This document shows, in pieces, positions 57,429 to 64,000 of a DNA stretch of 64,000 nucleotides. The DNA is from Actinoplanes sp. (GTDB lineage: Bacteria; Actinomycetota; Actinomycetes; Mycobacteriales; Micromonosporaceae). The position numbers and the translations under genes are program-made. Position 1 is the stretch's first letter; every line of letters begins with the position of its first letter. The stretch spans positions 10,110 through 74,109 of the forward strand of contig DASWRZ010000338.1 of assembly GCA_036402935.1 (NCBI GenBank), given 5' to 3'. The notes beneath the pieces are model-generated. The model had not been told where the DNA came from. It ran no database searches and saw only the letters and a list, made by a program, of their open reading frames with translations.

Positions 57429-59201
57429 ATGTTGCGGATGAGCGAGCTGCGGGCCAAATGGTGGATTCGGCGCCGATTCCTGCCATTTTTCGTCGACGCC
57501 TCGGCGTGGGCCGCCGGCCTGCTGGCGGTGGGCCGCTTCTCGGTCGCCGTGGCCGTGCTGGCCGTTCTCGTGCACGCCGTCGTCGGGCATGCCCACCACC
57601 TCTACCGCGGCCGTCACCCGATCGGCAGTTTCGAGGAGGTCCGCGCGGTCACCGCGACGGTGGTCACGACCGCGGCGTCGATGGTCGTCCTCGACGTGCT
57701 TCCGTCCGACCGGCTCGTGCCGCCCGACGCGCCCGCGCTCGGGGCCGCGGTCGCCCTGGTGCTGATGCTCGCGGTGCGATACGTGTGGCGGCTCCGGGTG
57801 GCTCACCGGCAACGGCCGGACGTCCGGATCGCCGCTCCGGTGCTGCTCTTCGGGGCCGGGCGGGCGGCGACCGCGCTGCTCCGGTCGATGCTGAACGACC
57901 CGGACGGGCGGTACCTGCCGGTCGGGCTGCTCGACGACGACCCGGCCAAGCGCAACCTGCACGTGCACGGCGTGCCGGTGCTCGGCCGGCGCGACGACCT
58001 GGCCGCCGCGCTGTCCCGCACCGGCGCCGGCACGGTGATCTTCGCGGTGGCGAACGCCGAGGCCGACCTGGTGCGCGACGTCCGTGACCGGGCGCTCGCC
58101 GCGGACGCCCAGTTCAAGGTCGTGCCGTCGGTACCGGAACTGATGGACCACCCGGTCGGCGTGCGCGACATCCGCGACGTGCAGATCGCCGACCTGCTCG
58201 GCCGGCACCAGATCGACACCGACCTGGACGCCATCGCCGGCTATCTCACCGGCAAGCGGGTGCTGGTCACCGGGGCCGGCGGCTCGATCGGCTCGGAGCT
58301 GTGCCGGCAGATCCACCGGTTCGCCCCGACCGAACTGATGATGCTCGACCGCGACGAGTCGTCGCTGCTCGCCGTGCAACTCTCGATCGACCCGACGGCT
58401 CGGCTCGACGACCCGGCGATCATCCTGGCCGACCTGCGCGACGCTCCCCGGATCAAGGCGATCTTCGAGGAACGGCGGCCCGAGGTGGTCTTCCACGCCG
58501 CCGCGCTCAAGCATCTGGCGCTGCTGCAACGCTTCCCGAGCGAGGCGGTGCTGACCAACATCCGGGGCACGCTGAACGTACTGTCGGCGGCGACGTCCGT
58601 CGAACGCTTCGTCAACATCTCTACCGATAAAGCGGCAAATCCCATCAGTGTGCTGGGCGCGTCGAAACGGATCACCGAGCGACTGACGGCCGAGATCGCC
58701 CGCCGCCGGGCGGGCACGTTTCTGAGCGTACGGTTCGGCAACGTCCTCGGCAGCCGAGGCTCGGTGTTCACCACGTTCAGCGCGCAGATCGCGGCCGGCG
58801 GTCCGATCACCGTGACCGATCCCGAGGTGACCCGGTATTTCATGACCATCCAGGAGGCCGTGCACCTGGTCATCCAGGCGGCGGCCATCGGGCAGGGCGG
58901 CGAGGCGCTGGTGCTCGAGATGGGCCGGCCCGTACGCATCGCCGAGGTCGCCGCCCAGATGGCCGCGATGGCCTCGGCGCCGGTGGAGATCCGCTACATC
59001 GGACTGCGGCCGGGCGAGAAGCTGGCCGAGGAACTGTTCGGGGCGGGCGAGGTGGACCGGCGCCCGATCCACCCCCTGATCTCCCACGTCTCCGTGCCGC
59101 CGCTGCCGGTCGCCAGCCTCCAGACCCTGGACCCGTCCGCCCCGGACCTGGCGGCCCGGCTCGACGCCCTCTGCAACGACGTCCCGGCCCTGGCCGCCTA
59201 G
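57429..59201 (+). CDS. Membrane-bound NDP-sugar 4,6-dehydratase (CapD/PglF-like)
   Basis: N-terminal TMs, GAG, DLLGR, TGAGGSIGSEL, HAAALKH, ISTDKA, RFGNVLGSRGS, RYFMT, GLRPGEKL; GGAG 6 nt before ATG. Confidence 0.92.
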   Translation: MLRMSELRAKWWIRRRFLPFFVDASAWAAGLLAVGRFSVAVAVLAVLVHAVVGHAHHLYRGRHPIGSFEEVRAVTATVVTTAASMVVLDVLPSDRLVPPDAPALGAAVALVLMLAVRYVWRLRVAHRQRPDVRIAAPVLLFGAGRAATALLRSMLNDPDGRYLPVGLLDDDPAKRNLHVHGVPVLGRRDDLAAALSRTGAGTVIFAVANAEADLVRDVRDRALAADAQFKVVPSVPELMDHPVGVRDIRDVQIADLLGRHQIDTDLDAIAGYLTGKRVLVTGAGGSIGSELCRQIHRFAPTELMMLDRDESSLLAVQLSIDPTARLDDPAIILADLRDAPRIKAIFEERRPEVVFHAAALKHLALLQRFPSEAVLTNIRGTLNVLSAATSVERFVNISTDKAANPISVLGASKRITERLTAEIARRRAGTFLSVRFGNVLGSRGSVFTTFSAQIAAGGPITVTDPEVTRYFMTIQEAVHLVIQAAAIGQGGEALVLEMGRPVRIAEVAAQMAAMASAPVEIRYIGLRPGEKLAEELFGAGEVDRRPIHPLISHVSVPPLPVASLQTLDPSAPDLAARLDALCNDVPALAA

Positions 59202-59289
59202 GCCGGCCCGTTGCTCTGGCCGCCTCGCCGGCGGGCGTGGCTGCCCGTTTACCTCGGTGCGGCCGCGATGCGCGGCGGCGTCGGACCGC

Positions 59290-62200
59290 CTACCTGTTCT
59301 CCAGGCGACCGCCCTGTTCTGACGCGACCGCGGTGCGGAGCGGCGTCGGCTCGCGGGCCAGGGGCGGCAGGGCGACCGCCTGCTCGACGGCACGGCGCAG
59401 GCGTTCCTGCTCGGCCGCGCGCTCGGTGTGCCAGGCGGTCGACCAGACCCGGTGCAGGTGCCAGCCGAGCCCTCGCAGCACCTGGTCGCGCAGGCGGTCG
59501 CGGTCGCGGGCGGCCGGGTACGCGCGATATCCCGCCCCGTCGCACTGGATGCCGATCGCGTAGCCGCCGCCCGGGTGTGGCACCGCCAGGTCGATCCCGG
59601 TGCCGAGCCGCACCGGGAAGCCCCACGACTCCAGCGCCTCGCGCACCGACTCCTCGAACGGGCGCTCGGCGGCCGGCAGCACCGGATGCGGGACCGGGGC
59701 GCCCCGCTCGGCGTAGTCCAGGTAGCCGGCCAGCGCGCGTACGCCCTCGTTGTCGCTGTCCGGGATGTCGCGGGCCCGGATCGAGGTGACGATCTCGATC
59801 CGGGAGCGGGCCCGGGTGATCGCCACGTTGAGCCTGCGCCAGCCGTTCGGTTTGTTGAGTGGCCCGAAGTTGGCGCTGATCTTTCCGGCTTCGTCGAAGC
59901 CGTACCCGATCGAGAAGATCATGACGTCGCGCTCGTCGCCCTGCACCGATTCCAGGCTCTTGACGAAGAAGCCGCGCAGCCGGTCGTCGCCGTGCAGGTC
60001 GCCGAGGCCCGCGAGGTCGACCGCCCGTTCGATCGCCTCGGCCTGGGCGACCGAGAACGTCACCACGCCCAGCGACTGGTCGGGCCGGGTCGCGAAGTGG
60101 TGCACGACCCGTTCGGCGACGCGTTCCGCCTCGACCGGGTTGTCGCGGCCGTTGCTGCGCCGATAGACGCCCTGGACACCGAAGACCTCGATGCCGTCGG
60201 TGCCGGTCGCGCTCGGGAACGTGGTCAGGCGGCCGTGGTAGAACTCGCGGTTCGAGTAGCCGATCAGCGACTCGTGCCGGCTGCGATAGTGCCAGGTCAG
60301 CGGCAGCCCGCGGAACGAGCCGCACGCCTTGGCGAGCTCCAGGATGGAGGGAAAGTCGGTCACGTCGGTCCCGGCCGGCTCGTCGTCGTCGACGAGGGCG
60401 TGGTCGAAGAACGAGGTCGGCGGCAGCTGCCGGTCGTCGCCGGCCACGATCAGCGCGTCGGCCCGATAGATCGCGGCGATCGCGTCGGCCGGCGTCACCT
60501 GGGAGGCCTCGTCGATGATGACGACGTCGAAGCGGAGATCGGAGGGCAGGTACTGGCTGACCGAGAGCGGCGAGACCAGGAAGCACGGTTTGAGGGCGAG
60601 CACCGTGTCACGGGTTCGCGCGAGCAGCTCCCGTACGCCCACATGGCCGGTCGTCTTCATGGCCTCGCGCCGCAGCAGCGAGGCCGCGGCCGGATCGGCC
60701 GTCAGGCCGGCGTCGAGCCGTTCGATGATCTCCGCCGGCGCGGTCGCCACCCGGCGGCTGTCGAGGCGGCGGAACTCGGCCACCAGCTGATCGCGGTCGG
60801 CCGCGTGCAGCGGGCGCAGGCGGGCATCGGCGCGGATGACGGCGTCGGCCCAGGCCTTGCGCAGTACGCCCGGGATGACGGCCGGGTCGAGATCCGGCTC
60901 CACATAGAGGCCGAGCTCTTCGAGTTCGGCGCGGGCCGCGAGGTGGGCGAACCAGTCCTCCGGGCCGGTCGGATCGGCCCGGAGCTCGCGCAGCGCCCGG
61001 CCGGCCAGCTCGTAGTCGTCCCAGTCCGCGTTCCTCTCCGGGCCGAACGCCTCCCGCAGCCGCGCCCGGGCCTCCTCCCACGACTGGGCGGCCCTGGGCA
61101 GGGCCTCGTCGGGGCGGGCCGCGGCGAGGGCGGCGGCCTGTTCCGCGGTCAACGCGCCTCGGTTGAGTTTGCGCGCGGCGTCCGCCCACGCCAGGGCGTC
61201 GTTGAGGGTTTGCAGATCGGTGCCGCCCAGCAGAGGTGTCAGGGCGTCGCGGGCCTCCGCCACCTGGCGGCGCAGGCGGGCCAGACGGTCCACTTCGGCC
61301 AGATCCAGGTCGCGGCCCAGGGCGGCGCCGAACGCCCGGACGGTGCGGGCGGCCTCGCGGAGCGGCTCGACCTGCGCGCGGAGCCGGGAGATCGACTCCT
61401 CGATGCCGTCGACCGGGGGTCTTGCGGTGGTGAGCTCCTCGCGGGCCTTCGCGGCCAGTCGCTGCAAGTCGGGATCGGGGTCGGCGGTGCAGACGTACCG
61501 GGCGACCGCGGCGCGGATCGAGGGCGGGGAGAGCCGCAGCGCCTCGGCGGCGGTCCGGATGGCCTCGTCGAGGGCGCGGAAATCGGTCGCCACGCCGTGC
61601 CAGAAGTGGCCCAGCACCATCGCGTAGGCCTGCTCGGCGGCGGCCAGGTCGCGGCGGGCGCGCTGCCAGGCGATCGCGGCGCCCAGGCGGGTCACGGCCT
61701 CCTTGGGGTCGGCGGCCGGGAGGACGAAGGCGGTGACGGCCCTCTTGTCGCTGCGGTAGGCGCTTCCCCATTTCCGCAGGCCTTTGTGCTGCTGGGCGAA
61801 ACGGGCCGCGAGCTGTTCCAGCGGTTGGCCGAGGATGGACTCGGCGAAGTAGGGACGCGCTCGCATCTCTACCGCTACCAAGGCTTCCAGGCAGCGTCGC
61901 AGGGCCGCGGCTCCACTCTGGACGCCGGCGAGGACGCCCTCGTCGAACCAGAAATGCTCGGGACGGTTCTTCTTTCCGCCGAGCGCGGCCAACTGGGCTA
62001 TGCGGTCGAGGTCGGCGAAGGTTTCCACCGGCGGGACAGCCATGGCGGCGGTGATGCGGTCGAAGTCGGCCTTGTGGCGTTCCCAGCGGTCGGCGTCCTG
62101 CGCGCAGCGGCGGGCCAGATTGTCGGCGGCGTCGGCGGTGAGGGTTTCGTCGACGGCGGGCAGGTCGTTCGTCTCGGGCAGATCGGTCCAGGCGACTCCG

Positions 62201-63693
62201 GTTCTGGTGCGGACGGAATCGCGGGCTCTTTCGAAAGCGGCTTGGGCGCGGGCCAGTTCGTGGGCTGCCTCCTGGGCCGGTTGCAGGCTCGGCGCGGTCA
62301 GCCAGTCGTCGCGGACGCCGGAAGGGCGGCGGGCGGCATGGGCGGTCAGGGCGGCCAGAATGGAGGCCTTGTCCGTCCGGTCCGCTCGGAAAGCGGTCGC
62401 CAGCATGGCATTTCGTCGGACCGCGACGGTCAGGAGTCCCAAGGCGTGTTGAGCGTTGGCCAGCGTTTCATGGATTCTGCCGGTCTTCACGCCGCGCCAG
62501 GCGAAGTCGGGACTCGTTACCCGCCAGGTCTCCTTCAGGCGCTCGGCGGCGCCGGCCGCTTTCTGCAACTGGTCGGCCGTCAAGCTGCCCGGGTCGACGA
62601 TGGGCACCGGGATATCCGTGGTCGCGCCGAGGACGTCGTGCAGGCGTTCACCGAGGGGCCGGCGGATTTCGTTGACTGCTACGGCGTACGCGGAAAGCTG
62701 TTGGCGCCGCAGGCGCAGGCGATCGTCGGGTCTGCCGATTTCGAATGCGCTCGGAATGCGGTCGCAGGCGTCGGCGAGCGCGGTCGCAACCTCCTTGCGG
62801 CCGGCCTGATGGCTGTGGAGTTCGAGCAGGTAGGGGCCGAGACCGGCGTCGGCCAGCCGGTTGCGGACGACGTCGAGTGCGGCCGCCTTCTCCGAGACGA
62901 AGAGGATTTTCTTCCCGGCGTGCAGCAGGCAGGCGATCATATTGGCGATGGTCTGCGACTTGCCGGTGCCGGGCGGCCCGTCCATCACGAAGCTGCGGCC
63001 ATTCGTCGCGGCGGCTATGCAGGCTCGCTGGGTGGCGTCGGCATCCAGCACCAACGGTGTGGTCTCGGGCGGCGCCAGGTCGTCGATATCGGCCGGCGCT
63101 ATCGGTGTGAAGTCGAATGTCTCGTCCGGCTCGGTTCTTGCCAGGGCTCGGACGACGGGGTGCCGGAGTATTTCGGCCTCGTTGTCCAGCAGGTCGCGGT
63201 ACGACGCCTCTTTATGGAAGGTGAAGCACGACAGAACAGACAGGTTCTCGGTCGCCTCGGACAGGTCGGGCATCGGCCGGCGAAGCTCTCGCAGCCGCAA
63301 CGCGAGCGCCGGATTGACCACCGCTTCGTCAATAGCCGAGATCAGCCCGTTTTCCACCGTCACCGGCACCAGGACCAGCGGGCTCACATGCTCCGCCTTC
63401 TCCTCGTCCTGCCAATGCAGCAGCCCCGCCGCGAGATGCAGAATCTGCACCCCGCGATCGAGGTAGTCCTGCTTCGCCTTCTTGACCAACTGCCGCAACG
63501 CCGGGCTGTCCTCGACCGGCCGGCTCTCGCCATTGGTGAGCCGCTCGACCAATTCGGCCGCCGGCAGGTCGGCAATTTCCACCGAACCGGCCCCGGCCGG
63601 CTGTAAATGCAGGAGACGGCTGGTGCAGCTGAGGTCGATGAGGCAATCCCGCCACACCCGCAACGCGGCCCGCACCTGCGCGTCGTCCCCCAT
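59290..63693 (-). CDS. DUF4011 + SF1 (Upf1/Dna2-like) helicase + Vsr/REase-like protein (Hhe-like)
   Basis: WRDCLIDLS, SPLVLVPV, DADATQ, GPPGTGKSQT, SEKAAAL, IIDEASQ, HYRSRHESL, QGDERD, RRLNVAITRAR, RDRDRLR..LGW..RVWS. Confidence 0.88.
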   Translation of the reverse strand: MGDDAQVRAALRVWRDCLIDLSCTSRLLHLQPAGAGSVEIADLPAAELVERLTNGESRPVEDSPALRQLVKKAKQDYLDRGVQILHLAAGLLHWQDEEKAEHVSPLVLVPVTVENGLISAIDEAVVNPALALRLRELRRPMPDLSEATENLSVLSCFTFHKEASYRDLLDNEAEILRHPVVRALARTEPDETFDFTPIAPADIDDLAPPETTPLVLDADATQRACIAAATNGRSFVMDGPPGTGKSQTIANMIACLLHAGKKILFVSEKAAALDVVRNRLADAGLGPYLLELHSHQAGRKEVATALADACDRIPSAFEIGRPDDRLRLRRQQLSAYAVAVNEIRRPLGERLHDVLGATTDIPVPIVDPGSLTADQLQKAAGAAERLKETWRVTSPDFAWRGVKTGRIHETLANAQHALGLLTVAVRRNAMLATAFRADRTDKASILAALTAHAARRPSGVRDDWLTAPSLQPAQEAAHELARAQAAFERARDSVRTRTGVAWTDLPETNDLPAVDETLTADAADNLARRCAQDADRWERHKADFDRITAAMAVPPVETFADLDRIAQLAALGGKKNRPEHFWFDEGVLAGVQSGAAALRRCLEALVAVEMRARPYFAESILGQPLEQLAARFAQQHKGLRKWGSAYRSDKRAVTAFVLPAADPKEAVTRLGAAIAWQRARRDLAAAEQAYAMVLGHFWHGVATDFRALDEAIRTAAEALRLSPPSIRAAVARYVCTADPDPDLQRLAAKAREELTTARPPVDGIEESISRLRAQVEPLREAARTVRAFGAALGRDLDLAEVDRLARLRRQVAEARDALTPLLGGTDLQTLNDALAWADAARKLNRGALTAEQAAALAAARPDEALPRAAQSWEEARARLREAFGPERNADWDDYELAGRALRELRADPTGPEDWFAHLAARAELEELGLYVEPDLDPAVIPGVLRKAWADAVIRADARLRPLHAADRDQLVAEFRRLDSRRVATAPAEIIERLDAGLTADPAAASLLRREAMKTTGHVGVRELLARTRDTVLALKPCFLVSPLSVSQYLPSDLRFDVVIIDEASQVTPADAIAAIYRADALIVAGDDRQLPPTSFFDHALVDDDEPAGTDVTDFPSILELAKACGSFRGLPLTWHYRSRHESLIGYSNREFYHGRLTTFPSATGTDGIEVFGVQGVYRRSNGRDNPVEAERVAERVVHHFATRPDQSLGVVTFSVAQAEAIERAVDLAGLGDLHGDDRLRGFFVKSLESVQGDERDVMIFSIGYGFDEAGKISANFGPLNKPNGWRRLNVAITRARSRIEIVTSIRARDIPDSDNEGVRALAGYLDYAERGAPVPHPVLPAAERPFEESVREALESWGFPVRLGTGIDLAVPHPGGGYAIGIQCDGAGYRAYPAARDRDRLRDQVLRGLGWHLHRVWSTAWHTERAAEQERLRRAVEQAVALPPLAREPTPLRTAVASEQGGRLENR

Positions 63694-63730
63694 ATCCCGA
63701 TTGCAGCACGCTGGCTGCCACATTGGCCGC

Positions 63731-64000
63731 CTAATCCGGTACGGCGTTCCCCGCACCAACCCCAGCACCGCCCGCCCCGCTTCCGCGGCCCGGCCGCATC
63801 TGCCCAGCGACGCTGCCACCGGCCGCCTCGGGCGCGACGGCCAATCCGACGACACCGGCCGCGGCAATCGCCGCTCCGGTGACCACCATCGCCAGGCTCG
63901 GCCCGGTGACCCACGCCAGCGCGCCGACCACTGCCAGCCCGGCGACCGTCCCGATGAGCTGGCTCTGTTCCGCTCGGATCAGCACCACCGGGACCTGAGC
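63731..64000 (-). CDS. C-terminal part of a probable membrane protein (starts beyond window)
   Basis: Open frame with two hydrophobic segments; no family motif. Confidence 0.35.
   Translation of the reverse strand, partial: AQVPVVLIRAEQSQLIGTVAGLAVVGALAWVTGPSLAMVVTGAAIAAAGVVGLAVAPEAAGGSVAGQMRPGRGSGAGGAGVGAGNAVPD

Noticed and set aside
59428-63606. 1392-aa + strand ORF (also 29074-32358, 21927-24593, 49078-51537, 41283-44075)
   Set aside because: Antisense shadows of real genes, expected in high-GC DNA; no motifs

Overview
High-GC (roughly 70%+) actinobacterial DNA, probably Micromonosporaceae/Actinoplanes-like (inference from gene content and many apparent leaderless starts). From left to right: (1) 1-12.8 kb, a translationally coupled catabolic cluster (SDR, tandem GlcG/HbpS, ketopantoate-reductase-like, sugar ABC transporter, GH1, two VOC proteins, two flavoenzymes, flavodoxin-like protein, internally deleted GH78 rhamnosidase), plausibly for plant aromatic glycosides. 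(2) 12.8-18.7 kb, lemA, a TetR-like protein, a motif-degenerate flavin hydroxylase and a large ATP-binding LuxR regulator. (3) 19.3-24.7 kb, a compact five-gene 3-amino-4-hydroxybenzoate (AHBA)/benzoxazole-type biosynthetic operon, followed by LuxR and Crp regulators. (4) 26.6-36.3 kb, a form I aerobic CO dehydrogenase cluster with a CutR-type operator; the matching LysR lies at 45.5-46.4 kb. (5) 38.3-43.6 kb, a four-gene CATASP / CATRA-transmembrane / unknown helical protein / CHAT-caspase putative conflict system, then a GH27-ricin gene. (6) 46.4-59.2 kb, a Wzx/Wzy surface polysaccharide locus with Pgl-like amino-sugar genes, a duplicated bidirectional promoter and a truncated acetyltransferase. 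(7) 59.3-63.7 kb, a DUF4011-SF1 helicase-endonuclease (Hhe-like) gene. Several tandem repeats sit at gene ends. No rRNA, tRNA, CRISPR array or transposase was recognised. All family assignments come from motif recognition by eye, not database searches.
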